From a virus (taxonomy: Duplodnaviria > Caudoviricetes): a DNA stretch of 64,000 bases. Positions 28,801-37,682 of the stretch are shown here, in pieces; positions within the stretch are counted from its first letter, which is position 1, and every line of letters begins with the position of its first letter. Location: positions 307-64,306 of the IMG/VR virus record IMGVR_UViG_3300044984_000411, one strand, 5' to 3'. Made by a program: the position numbers and the translations under genes. The notes beneath the pieces are model-generated. The model was given only the letters and a program-made list of their open reading frames with translations. It was not told the origin of the DNA and searched no databases.

Positions 28801-31800
28801 AAGTCTTGCAGGGATTGAATCACTTGTACCGCTACCTGGACCAGAAATATATCCACCAGCAGCCTTTTCTGTAACTGGGGTAACATATGCTCTATCTGGA
28901 ATGCCATCAGTGCCGAGGTCTTTTGCACTGGTTACCTTCCACTTTTTGCCATTCATGTCTGGGAATACAAAGCCCTTTTTTGTAGTAACGTTATATGGAT
29001 AATTTAAGAACTGGTCCATAAGATTTACTGGAAAATATTGTTTTCCCTTTTCATCTTTAAGAACTTTAAGACCCTGACCTTTTGGAACACCTGGTCTTAC
29101 TTCTGCTTCTGTAATTTCAGGAAGTGTGTAGTCAGCTTTATAGTCTTCTGGAGCTAAGTATGTGTCAATGGTAATATTTGCATTTTGAATCTGCAGAATT
29201 TGAGAATCAATGTTTTGAATTTGTTTTTGAATTCCACCAATTTTATCCTGTACAGCACCTGTCTCTTTTACTCTAGCATCTTCTAGAGCTTGCTTTTGCT
29301 GCTCTACTGCATACTGAGCGTCCTTGGCTCTGATATCTTGAACTGCTCTTGCAGCACCAAAAACATCTCCTCTTGAAAGTGCGTCTGCTAGGTCAAGTTG
29401 TGACTTCTGCTTTTCTGCAATTTGCTTTTGTAGGTCGTTGATTCTTTCAAGTGCTGTAATTCTTTCATCGTACTTGTCATTTATGTCGCCTTCCTTTTTT
29501 TCTAGCTGTTCTTGTGCATTTGTAAGTTCTTTTTGTTTTGCACTTAGGGAGGCAAGCTGTTTGTCTTTTGCTTTGAATGCTTTGTCAGCAGCTTCATTAA
29601 AAGCTTTTACATCTTTAGGGTCGTTGACTCTTAGGATATTTGCAGCTTCTTTGCTTATGCCAATTCCAGCAAGGGTAAGTTTTACAAGAAGTGCTGCACT
29701 GTCTAGATTATATAATCCCTGAGTTAGTGCAGCAATCTCTGGAGAAAGAAGTTTTAGCGACTCGTTAAGGAATTTAATCTTATCTTCTTTTGATGAAAGC
29801 GTATTTACTTTTTGAATAAACAGGTCATACTGCCTATTAAAGTCCTTTGAGCTAACTGCTGTTGATTGATATGCTGTACCCAAACCATTTAAGAAGTTTG
29901 TAACTTCTTGTAGCGATAGTTTTAGAGAATTAGCATTAAAGCCAAATGGGTCAAATTCGCTTACCTTGCTCTTGTAGTCACTAATTGCTGAAGCAATACC
30001 CTTTCTTAGTTGTTCTAGACCACCCTTTGTGTCAAGAGACAGGCTGTTTACATCAATTACCAGGTCTGTTCTTTTTGCCTCTTGCTTGATAGCGTCAATA
30101 ATAATTTGAACAACTTCTTTGTCTAGACCGCTTGCCATTAGCTCAACAGCTAGTGAGTTTAGTGCTAGAGTTATGTCTGAGCCACTACCCTCAATAATTT
30201 TTTCAACAAAGGGTTTATAGGTTTTTTGGAATTCTTCGCTAGCTCTAAACTGTTCTGCAAGAGATGCACCACCCTGAGTTTCGCCAATTCCAACTGGACC
30301 TGCCTCTCTAATGCTTGATAGTTTTGCTTCAGTTCCAAAGAAGTTATTGACAGCTTCTAGCTTGTCTTTTGTAACTAGTACTGTATCTAGCAATGCACCA
30401 GCAATTTCAGATTGCTTTCTTGCTTTTTCTGTAAGGATGTCAAATGCAATGGTTCCTCCAGTTACAACAAGACCAACTGGTCCAAGAACTCTTAGGATGC
30501 CTGGGGCAGCAACTTTAAGTGCTTTTGCAAGGTCATCTAGGTATGGTGTTATTTTTTTAGCAATAGTGCTGCCTTTAATTGCTGTTCCAATACGACCAGG
30601 AACCTTTTTCCCATCTGGACCAAGCGGTCTTTCTGGAAGCATTGACTTAGCAAATAGGGCTGTGCTTACTAGGTCCAATACATTTGCAACTTGGTTTGCT
30701 TCATCTCCACCAACCGAGCGAGCAATCATAGAGCCAATCATGCTGCCACCAAGAACTTTTCCAGAAGTTCCAGTTAAGAATTTCTTTACTCTTCCTCCAG
30801 GACTTGCAGTAGCACCAGAGCTATTGGCAATTATTGCTTTAGCTGCAGTTGCTGACAAGGCACCCCTACGACCTTGCTGGTAATAAGTTTCCTTTTGTTT
30901 TCCATTTGCATCAGTTGAAACAACTCTTCTAACTCCATTACCAAGGTCTTCGGTTGTGGTTACCTTTGGCACTGGAGTTACTTTTGACTGAGGCTCTTTA
31001 GGCTTTGCTTTAGGTTTTGCTTTAGGTTTTGCGTTTGTTGCCGCTTTTCTTGTTCTACGTTTAGTATTTTTAGTTTCAGTAACTGCTTCTTTAGACTGTG
31101 CTGCAGCTAGTGCTTCCTGGTCATTACGTGCTTGAATTTCTGCTACTGTGGCTCTTTTTGTAGCAGCCTCTAGTTTTTTTTCTTGGGTTCTATCGAAGGC
31201 TTCGTTCTTTTTCTTGTCATCTTTATATTCTCCTCTGCCAAGAAAAAATCCTCTTGGGTCGTTAGCCATAGATACTCTACGTGCAGCAACCTGTGCAACA
31301 GCTTGAGTTCTTGCAATTTCAGCGTTTGCTTTTCTACGTGCAGACTTACCCATCTTGTCTGTAACTTGAACACTGTCTTTGTGTGTTTCTGCAATTTTGC
31401 CAAGAACTGCAGTTTCTTGTGGACTTAGTGCTTCATTTCCAGCAAACAAATGTTTTGCGTGTCTTCTTACTTCTGCAACTGGAAGTTTTAGAGCTTTTGC
31501 AACTCTTTTTATATTGTCTTCTCGCAAGAAGTCTCTATAGAGAGCAACCTTTTTTCCTTTTTGCTTAGGGTCGGCTGCTTTTGTTTCCATATCTGGGTCA
31601 GAGATGTCTTGCATATACTTGTTCATAACGCCTAGTTGTGGAGTAATAAATTTAGCTGCCCAGTTTTTAAGCCATCTTGCAAATTTTCCGCCCTTTGTGT
31701 CTATCGTTACTGCACGGCTTGAGCCTTCTCCACCAATGTGTGCTGCATGAGGCTGCATATATCCGCTATAGCTTTTTCGGTCATCTTCATTTCCTATAAT

Positions 31801-34131
31801 GTCAAATCCTTGTGCTGCAAAAGCTTGTCTAACAATTTCTTGCTCGTTAGGAAAGTCTGGATGCATCAGAGCTGCAGTTTGGTTTGTAAGATGTGTTGGT
31901 TGGTCTGAACTCATCTTGCTAATTGCAGCTCCAAGTGTTACCACCTTTTTAGGGTTTTTAGGCTTTACTTCTTCTGTGCCATCGTTAAATCCTGGAATCT
32001 TTCCAGAAATCATGCCTTTTATAAAACCACGATATTTTTGTGCTGGTCCTGCAGGAATAACTGCTTCACCTGGAGAAAGCATTGCTGGAACAATGTCTCC
32101 AGCACCCTTTGGACCTGGAACGCTAAAGACACCAGCTGCATATTTCTTTGGTGCTCTAGCTTTTCCTGCTGGTGCTGGACCAGTAAAAGCTACTTGTGCA
32201 GCAATGGCTTTTTGATAAGCAGAAGCAAGCTTTCCAACAGCGGTAGCCTCTACTGTAAATGCTTGGGTTAGCTTATTGTGTACTTGCTCAAGAGATGCTG
32301 CTACTGATGCTGCCTCTAGCTGCTGCTGAGTCATGTAGTCGGTTGTCTCACCAAGAACGGTAGATGCTGAAGCAGCCTTATTAAACACATTTTTTACAAA
32401 AGTAAATCCCTTAATAATATTTGCTACACCGTTAGCAAGCAAACCAAATGTCATTAGGAATACTGGACCAATACCAGCAATTAGACCAGTAGCGTTTACA
32501 ATAAATTGCTTTACGCCACCATCAAGATTGTTGAATGCTTTTAGTACATCTGTTGCAAAATTAATGATAGGAGTTACTGCCTTGAGGAATTCTTCACCAA
32601 CTGGTGCAAGCTCTTTCTTAAAGTCAGCAACTGCTTTTTCAAATTTGTACATTGGTGATGCTGCAATTTTATTAAGCTCTCGCTGGGCAAGAATACCTAG
32701 CTCTGCAGATGATTGTCTGGTTAACTCTAGAACTCTTGCTGCCTGGCTACCGTCCTTAATTACGTTTTGAAACAGTGTAGATAGACGTGAAAACTGGAAC
32801 TTACCAAACAACTGCTCAATTGCACGAGCACGGTTTAGTGGGTCAAGGGTGTCAAGTGCTTTAGCAAAATCTGTTACAAGACCTTTTACATCGCCTTTAT
32901 TTCCTTCTACGATTCCATTGAGGTTGATGCCAAAACTTGCCATAAAGTCAGAGGCTTTTTTAGTTGGGTTAATAAGTGATGCAAGACCAGACTTTAGGGC
33001 GTTAGCACTTTCTGAAGCGTTAATGCCACCTTCACGCATAGCGGTGAGAAAGAACGTAAGGTCTTCTACATCTCCGCCAAGCTGCTGAATGACTGGTGCT
33101 GCTTTTGGAATGGCAATGGTCAAGTCTTCAATAGATGTTACAGTTTGGTTTTCAACTGCGTTTAGGAAGTTAATCTTTTTGCGTAGTTGGTCGCTAGCAG
33201 TTCCGAAAGCATTTGTAAGTGAGATTGTTGTTTCAAGTGCTTGTGCTTGTTCTACGTTACCCAATACAGATAGTCTTGTTGCTTCTGATACCTGGGCTAG
33301 TAGGTCTGCACCCATCTTGCCTGTAGCAGCAGCCTTGGCTGCTTGCTCCATTGTTTTTTCAACTGCTATGCCATATTTAGTGAATTCAGAAGCGAGCTGC
33401 TGAACTTGTTTGAGCATAGCGTCTGTTTCTTTTGTTGCTGTAAAAGTATCTCCATAAACACGCTTAAAAGCAATTGCTTGCTTTTCCATATCCATAAATG
33501 TTTTGGCAGCAGTGGTTCCCAAAATACCTAGTGGAATGGTAAAACCAACCATAAGCTGACGACCAGCCCACTGGGTGTTCTTACCAAAGTTTAGAAGGTT
33601 TGTAGAGCCTTGCTTTAGAAGCTGGTTTAGAAGCTGCTGTTTTTGTGCAGCAATTTGTGTTTTTGTTGACAGGTTTTCCATGTCAAGTGCCAGTGGTCGT
33701 ATAGCAATAGTTTTGATTGCTCCATTAGCATCACGCCCCATTTTGACGTACTGTGTTTGTAGGTCTTTAACTCTTTCAATGGCTACCTTCTGGATAGTGT
33801 CCATTTCTGTTCTAAAGAATTTTCCAAAGCTCTTAGATGCTCCACCAGCATATTTGAAGTACTGTCCCATTGACAGTTTGTTCTTTTCAAGTGCTGTAGT
33901 AAAAGTTTGTGTTGATGATGCAACAGTTTTCATTGATGCTGAATATTGACCAGTTGCATTAATTGTGTCAATTAGCGATTGCTGCATTTGTAGTGATTTT
34001 ATATTGGCTGTTGCACTACCTTTAGCCAAGGAGGTATGAAAGTCTGAAATCTGTCTTTGAAGTGTCTTAATTGCTGCTAGTGCTTGACCAGCATCAATAT
34101 TGATATCAATTTTAGACTCGAAATCAGACAT
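25861..34131 (-). CDS. Tape measure protein with inserted kinase-like and DUF3626-like domains
   Basis: 2756 aa after the tail chaperones. TP901-like core (AMREGGINASESANALKS, IEQLFGK), hydrophobic Gly/Ala segments, GPGSGTSDSIPARLSNGEYV motif, plus extra enzyme-like domains. Confidence 0.9.
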   Translation of the reverse strand: MSDFESKIDINIDAGQALAAIKTLQRQISDFHTSLAKGSATANIKSLQMQQSLIDTINATGQYSASMKTVASSTQTFTTALEKNKLSMGQYFKYAGGASKSFGKFFRTEMDTIQKVAIERVKDLQTQYVKMGRDANGAIKTIAIRPLALDMENLSTKTQIAAQKQQLLNQLLKQGSTNLLNFGKNTQWAGRQLMVGFTIPLGILGTTAAKTFMDMEKQAIAFKRVYGDTFTATKETDAMLKQVQQLASEFTKYGIAVEKTMEQAAKAAATGKMGADLLAQVSEATRLSVLGNVEQAQALETTISLTNAFGTASDQLRKKINFLNAVENQTVTSIEDLTIAIPKAAPVIQQLGGDVEDLTFFLTAMREGGINASESANALKSGLASLINPTKKASDFMASFGINLNGIVEGNKGDVKGLVTDFAKALDTLDPLNRARAIEQLFGKFQFSRLSTLFQNVIKDGSQAARVLELTRQSSAELGILAQRELNKIAASPMYKFEKAVADFKKELAPVGEEFLKAVTPIINFATDVLKAFNNLDGGVKQFIVNATGLIAGIGPVFLMTFGLLANGVANIIKGFTFVKNVFNKAASASTVLGETTDYMTQQQLEAASVAASLEQVHNKLTQAFTVEATAVGKLASAYQKAIAAQVAFTGPAPAGKARAPKKYAAGVFSVPGPKGAGDIVPAMLSPGEAVIPAGPAQKYRGFIKGMISGKIPGFNDGTEEVKPKNPKKVVTLGAAISKMSSDQPTHLTNQTAALMHPDFPNEQEIVRQAFAAQGFDIIGNEDDRKSYSGYMQPHAAHIGGEGSSRAVTIDTKGGKFARWLKNWAAKFITPQLGVMNKYMQDISDPDMETKAADPKQKGKKVALYRDFLREDNIKRVAKALKLPVAEVRRHAKHLFAGNEALSPQETAVLGKIAETHKDSVQVTDKMGKSARRKANAEIARTQAVAQVAARRVSMANDPRGFFLGRGEYKDDKKKNEAFDRTQEKKLEAATKRATVAEIQARNDQEALAAAQSKEAVTETKNTKRRTRKAATNAKPKAKPKAKPKEPQSKVTPVPKVTTTEDLGNGVRRVVSTDANGKQKETYYQQGRRGALSATAAKAIIANSSGATASPGGRVKKFLTGTSGKVLGGSMIGSMIARSVGGDEANQVANVLDLVSTALFAKSMLPERPLGPDGKKVPGRIGTAIKGSTIAKKITPYLDDLAKALKVAAPGILRVLGPVGLVVTGGTIAFDILTEKARKQSEIAGALLDTVLVTKDKLEAVNNFFGTEAKLSSIREAGPVGIGETQGGASLAEQFRASEEFQKTYKPFVEKIIEGSGSDITLALNSLAVELMASGLDKEVVQIIIDAIKQEAKRTDLVIDVNSLSLDTKGGLEQLRKGIASAISDYKSKVSEFDPFGFNANSLKLSLQEVTNFLNGLGTAYQSTAVSSKDFNRQYDLFIQKVNTLSSKEDKIKFLNESLKLLSPEIAALTQGLYNLDSAALLVKLTLAGIGISKEAANILRVNDPKDVKAFNEAADKAFKAKDKQLASLSAKQKELTNAQEQLEKKEGDINDKYDERITALERINDLQKQIAEKQKSQLDLADALSRGDVFGAARAVQDIRAKDAQYAVEQQKQALEDARVKETGAVQDKIGGIQKQIQNIDSQILQIQNANITIDTYLAPEDYKADYTLPEITEAEVRPGVPKGQGLKVLKDEKGKQYFPVNLMDQFLNYPYNVTTKKGFVFPDMNGKKWKVTSAKDLGTDGIPDRAYVTPVTEKAAGGYISGPGSGTSDSIPARLSNGEYVIRAKAVDALGTDVLDKMNHAEKFAKGGIVNKPKTGSTASIYSDDKSVEIDPNNPMSAVSAGLNFVMNSIYESLFGKWAVKTKQGTPTAPDLEDAGTMAMNIVPIPGMKSLKIAGAGAKGFMQTGTVAGAKAAQSGAKLKALDSFSLSSPLTRQGVEIGEMAKYTPTQSDYYLKAYKSDTAVQMPYKGINEPLAYWLSQQLGSDVVPYEFLKFGKGAGDTIGPFGMVKDSATLVASKINKNLVPGMVGTSGLMSSPRMEKIFLDAYKQGGPEALQKAIQEYLASIQKYADSTSLLNTLFSNTDIHGMNVMYDTASKAITQLDFGHAGLFTDLLSGQFSKLPTKFSYLDDFYSKNPLENPTPGDLGFDVLKLEQGLQSFLLDASRTIPELPQIMDNIGAGKITMNPDNFLKGLSGLYKSGDPLEAFVKDASMGDRALEKWLTSMLLKDVQGISGKTNMSKSFAKIVDDMVNFVPSLINKLPKMENWFNVRPPAQKPPLGERGVIDKSPFISRLATGGLVGKGPKKSSDSGLDWFNSFIQNLLGGGNPSAAMQNDATKSLLAQSYTQGAKNMGVDPTDPMFYASMFAPSMGIKALGMAGKGVSKLKGLSASKNTGPRVTLANYIDTPRVSQAYLNFMRTNPAISVRMRSEQLIDKLAKKDFAYRNAFEEGMVVDDLDPRLEAEKILFGLGKDADPSSRPIYGAGVSPYTPWSIRGKASRNDNAFERWALRSNASNINSKYFDRYGDISLLLKNRVKKRSTFTLGDSFGARERDSYIPGGPKKTVAAPFGTMSQSKILGAATGMSRPDLQFVEAQIFGGLPFSDIKKIIVKNPEMIPLLQQKLAEAGLKIPVGQTKLSPLGKLNEMFYKNKVHGPTGLPMFIPQYKSGGMFRTPYANGGLAMLHDKEFVMNPGAVKEYGVDKLKAMNNGTYNSGSVYNSYGVNISVDGSNTSANDIARTVIKEIKRLDSQNIRSTKV

Positions 34132-34155
34132 TCATCATTACCTCTTTTTTAGTTA

Positions 34156-34473
34156 TTAGCCTCTACCGCCAAGAAACTGGTTGCCCATGGCAGTTCCAGA
34201 TGCCTCTTCAATAATGCGGTATACGGTTGGCAAGTCTAGAAGGTCTTCTAGCTTTGCTGCGTCTTCTGCAAGCTCTGGCTTGTACTGACGCATGGCGATT
34301 CTAACACATTCGATTAGAAGGTCCATTGATTTATCGTTGTCTTCTGCAACTTCTTCGATGCTTGCAAAGGTCTTCATAAACTCACGAAGAATTGAGATTT
34401 TTAGTGGTCGTACTGCAAGAACGGTTCCGTCTGGCAGAGTGATTTCATTTGGTTCGTTAATGGTTGTTGCCAT
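34156..34473 (-). CDS. Tail assembly chaperone (short paralog)
   Basis: Directly upstream of the tape measure and similar to the N-terminal half of 34522-35214. Confidence 0.7.
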   Translation of the reverse strand: MATTINEPNEITLPDGTVLAVRPLKISILREFMKTFASIEEVAEDNDKSMDLLIECVRIAMRQYKPELAEDAAKLEDLLDLPTVYRIIEEASGTAMGNQFLGGRG

Positions 34474-34521
34474 TGTTCCTCCTATAGGTTGATAAATAAA
34501 TTATAACACAAAAGAGGTTTA

Positions 34522-35214
34522 TTAATCCCACTTTTCATAGCCAAGACCCATGCCAATACCAAAGCCAGCCTTTTGTGCATTTTGTCCTTGTAAAGATAGA
34601 ACATCGTCTGGATTATCTGTTGCTCCACCGCTAAACACCTTAGCCTTAATTTTTTCCCATGGGTCTTGTTCTTTTTTACCAGATTGTGCGTCAAGGTCTA
34701 CTCCTTGAATTGCAGCAAAAAACTTTTTTTCATTATAGTCTGCATCTCTTTTTGCATTCAGTGTGCTCATTAGTTCTGGTAGTGATAGAGAACGCTCTAG
34801 TTCTTCGTAGTCTTTCCAAATGCCCAGCAAGAATGCCTCTGACTCTAGTGTAGCCAGGTCCATAGAATCCCATCCAGGTGGATTGTCGGATACCTGTTTT
34901 TGTGGTGTATCTTCAGTTTGCTCTTTGTTTTTTAGCTTAATCCCTGCAGACAGGTCAAGAAGTTCGTACAGGGTGTCCATGTCTAAGCTATCTGCTAGTT
35001 CTTCTGCACTTGTAATTGACGGATAGTATTGCTTCATAGCAATTGCCCCACACTCAAGTAGCATATTTACAGTATCGTCTTCTGAGACAGCATCTTTAAA
35101 GTCGCTAAACACATCCATTAAATCTCTAAGATAAAGTATCTTTAATGGTGTTATGTGTAGTCTTGTTCCGTCTGTGAGTTCTATATACCCAGATTCATAT
35201 ATTTTAGTAGCCAT
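34522..35214 (-). CDS. Tail assembly chaperone (long form)
   Basis: Lies between the major tail and tape measure genes. WKDYEELERSLSLPEL segment. Confidence 0.7.
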   Translation of the reverse strand: MATKIYESGYIELTDGTRLHITPLKILYLRDLMDVFSDFKDAVSEDDTVNMLLECGAIAMKQYYPSITSAEELADSLDMDTLYELLDLSAGIKLKNKEQTEDTPQKQVSDNPPGWDSMDLATLESEAFLLGIWKDYEELERSLSLPELMSTLNAKRDADYNEKKFFAAIQGVDLDAQSGKKEQDPWEKIKAKVFSGGATDNPDDVLSLQGQNAQKAGFGIGMGLGYEKWD

Positions 35215-35228
35215 CTATATAGTATACC

Positions 35229-35265
35229 AAAAAGAAACTCCCCCTACCGAAGTAAGGGGAGTCTC
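35229..35265 (-). terminator. Intrinsic terminator after major tail gene
   Basis: ACTCCCC..GGGGAGT stem followed by a U-tract on the minus strand. Confidence 0.7.
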
Positions 35266-35285
35266 ATCTATTAAGTTATATTTTG

Positions 35286-35972
35286 TTAGAACGATTCGCT
35301 CACTGCTGTTGTGTTTGGAGACGATGTTTTGTTTCCATCTGCTAGTGTGCGGTCAACGATTCTACCGTACGATGCTGTGTTGTTTGGAAGTAGACGGAAT
35401 GAAACGTCAAACATTGTCGCTTCATCACGCTTTGCCGATACTGTAACGCTATCGATAGAGATAGCACGGTATGCAACATAGATACGCTCAATTGAGCTAC
35501 CTACTGCACAGTCACCAGTACCTGGACCAACTGCCACCAAGCCTCGTTCGATTGGACATTCTCCAAGCTCTCCTGCGGAAAGCTGTAGTGTGTCTTCTCC
35601 ACCGAGTCTAGTTGTGCCAGACGATACAAAAGCATCGGTTGATGGACGAGCTAGAGCTAGAACTAGGTTTTCTAGTGTAGCCTCTGCAAAGCTGGTATTC
35701 ATGTTAACTGTCATACCCTGCTTGTAAAGTTTTGCTACGTCAAGAACCTGGTCTACCGACACCTCACCAAAATCTGGAGCAAATGTTAGCTCTAGACCGT
35801 TGCTGGTGTAACCAACGTTACGGAAGTCCGCATCGTTTGACAGAGTTTCCTTGTAAGAAAGTGCTCCTTGTGCGTTAGGTAGGTCGTCGTAACCCATTTC
35901 GCCACCTTCGAATGCGAAGAGAGCTGCTGCACCAACGATAATGTTAGTGCTTGAACCACGTGTATATGCCAT
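35286..35972 (-). CDS. Major tail (tube) protein
   Basis: NIIVGAA...VGYTSNGLEL...FAEATLENL, at the expected position in the tail module. Confidence 0.8.
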   Translation of the reverse strand: MAYTRGSSTNIIVGAAALFAFEGGEMGYDDLPNAQGALSYKETLSNDADFRNVGYTSNGLELTFAPDFGEVSVDQVLDVAKLYKQGMTVNMNTSFAEATLENLVLALARPSTDAFVSSGTTRLGGEDTLQLSAGELGECPIERGLVAVGPGTGDCAVGSSIERIYVAYRAISIDSVTVSAKRDEATMFDVSFRLLPNNTASYGRIVDRTLADGNKTSSPNTTAVSESF

Positions 35973-36045
35973 AATTTTTTCACCTCTTATTCTTATGGAA
36001 TTATGGGGGGTGTTTCCTCAGTATAAGTATACATACCGTTTATGA

Positions 36046-36576
36046 TTAAATTGATTCTTGGTCAACCATATGGTAGTCATACTCAATAATAATCTTGTTA
36101 CCGCCATATGTTCTAGCAGTACCAAAGTCAATGATGTCTCGCACTTCTTCAAGCTGATATACCTTAAAATTGTGGAAGTAGAAATTTGGCTCAATGGTGA
36201 TACCCTCTACGTTAATTGAGCCTTTTGCTTTTTGCCATTTATTTATTTCTTCTGCTGTTTCATCTTCACGGTCCATAAGTCTAAGAATCTTTTCAGTAAT
36301 CTTGACCATGTTTACAACTGAGTTTTCTGCTGTAGCATAAAAGTAATAAACTGCTTGCTCGCACTTAATGTGTGGAAATGGCTTTCTACGCATACGAATA
36401 AGCCTATCGTATGTACACATAACCCCACCTTCTGGAAAACTTGATGTTAGGTTGTCGATGGTTGATGGTGTGCTTGGAAAGAATGGCACTGTGTCAAACC
36501 CTAGAGTCTCTAGCTTTTCTTTTAGGTAGTGGTTAACCCATAGCATTGGCGTGTTTAAGATTGATGTTGTTGTCAT
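36046..36576 (-). CDS. Putative tail terminator/completion protein
   Basis: Position just before the major tail gene. Confidence 0.5.
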   Translation of the reverse strand: MTTTSILNTPMLWVNHYLKEKLETLGFDTVPFFPSTPSTIDNLTSSFPEGGVMCTYDRLIRMRRKPFPHIKCEQAVYYFYATAENSVVNMVKITEKILRLMDREDETAEEINKWQKAKGSINVEGITIEPNFYFHNFKVYQLEEVRDIIDFGTARTYGGNKIIIEYDYHMVDQESI

Positions 36577-37235
36577 TTAACTGCTCCTACTATCCAATTA
36601 TACCCTGCTTTGATTCCTTCTGCACGACCACTACGTTTTTTAAGGTTTCTGTGGAATTCTGCTGGATTTTCTAGGTTAAAGGCAATTCCAGATGAACGCA
36701 AAAATGCTTGAGTAAAGTATTGGTTAAAAAATATGTCTAGAACTTTATTAAACTGACCTTGTACTTGACCGCCAGGATTGTCTACCTTGATTGGTCCTGG
36801 TCTAAAGTATGTTTCTCCATCAACATCAAATACCAAAACATTCGCAGACTTTGGTTTAATTGTAACAGGAACACCACTTTCCATTACTTCTGCCTTGTTG
36901 TAGAATGGTACTGTAGAGCCTCTGCTGACAGACTGAGACTGTTTGAATGAATATGTAAATGCAACCATGCCACCAGCTACGGTATAGTCAATATCGTACA
37001 ATCTTGCGTCTGGACTTCCTGTTCTGTACCACTCGTAAACGTGGTGAAGTCTTTGTGGGTCAAGTCTGGCATTTGTGTCGATAAATTCTTTTGCCATTTC
37101 AACAGTAACTACGCCTAGCTCTTGTAAAAACTTTGGTTTGCCCTTTTTAGCACCTTCAATAAATCCGTCTGAGTACTTTACAACATTTAGTATGTCGTTT
37201 AAAAAATCTTTGTCGTTAAACTTTACAGCTATCAT
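36573..37235 (-). CDS. Putative neck/tail completion protein
   Basis: Position in the module, LHHVYEW motif. Confidence 0.5.
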   Translation of the reverse strand: MIAVKFNDKDFLNDILNVVKYSDGFIEGAKKGKPKFLQELGVVTVEMAKEFIDTNARLDPQRLHHVYEWYRTGSPDARLYDIDYTVAGGMVAFTYSFKQSQSVSRGSTVPFYNKAEVMESGVPVTIKPKSANVLVFDVDGETYFRPGPIKVDNPGGQVQGQFNKVLDIFFNQYFTQAFLRSSGIAFNLENPAEFHRNLKKRSGRAEGIKAGYNWIVGAVK

Positions 37236-37681
37236 AGGTCTACCGCCTGGTTCTCTGAACGCTTTAAAATTAGTTTATAAAATTCTATGTTTCCAAATGG
37301 ACCAAGGAATGGGTCAAATGTAGCTACTTCAAAAAGTGTTGACTGTCCTGCACGAGTTCCAGATGTTTCTAGATAAATAAGATTACCATTCTTATCTGTA
37401 ATATTTGTAACAAGGATATTAGTTAGACCGTTTCTTTGATTCTCACTAGAAAAACGAATATCACTTTTGACTCTACCTATAAGTGCTGAGTCTTGCAAAA
37501 GCTTTATTTCTGGTCTAATCTCTTCTTTGTTTGCTGTTCCTGCTGTGTTTAGTTGACAGGCAATTGTTTTGTCTAGTACCCAGTTTTTCTTAACGTCTCC
37601 ATAAGCACCCTGCTCAACAATTGGATAGTAGATGTCTGCAAGCATTGGAAAAACAAAGTCTGTAGTTTCGCATATGACCAC
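37232..37681 (-). CDS. Putative head closure protein
   Basis: Position in the module, 149 aa beta-rich. Confidence 0.5.
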   Translation of the reverse strand: MVICETTDFVFPMLADIYYPIVEQGAYGDVKKNWVLDKTIACQLNTAGTANKEEIRPEIKLLQDSALIGRVKSDIRFSSENQRNGLTNILVTNITDKNGNLIYLETSGTRAGQSTLFEVATFDPFLGPFGNIEFYKLILKRSENQAVDL

Positions 37682-37682
37682 G

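Noticed and set aside
27122-33949. Many plus-strand ORFs within the tape measure and other long genes
   Set aside because: They are antisense open frames fully overlapping well-supported minus-strand genes.
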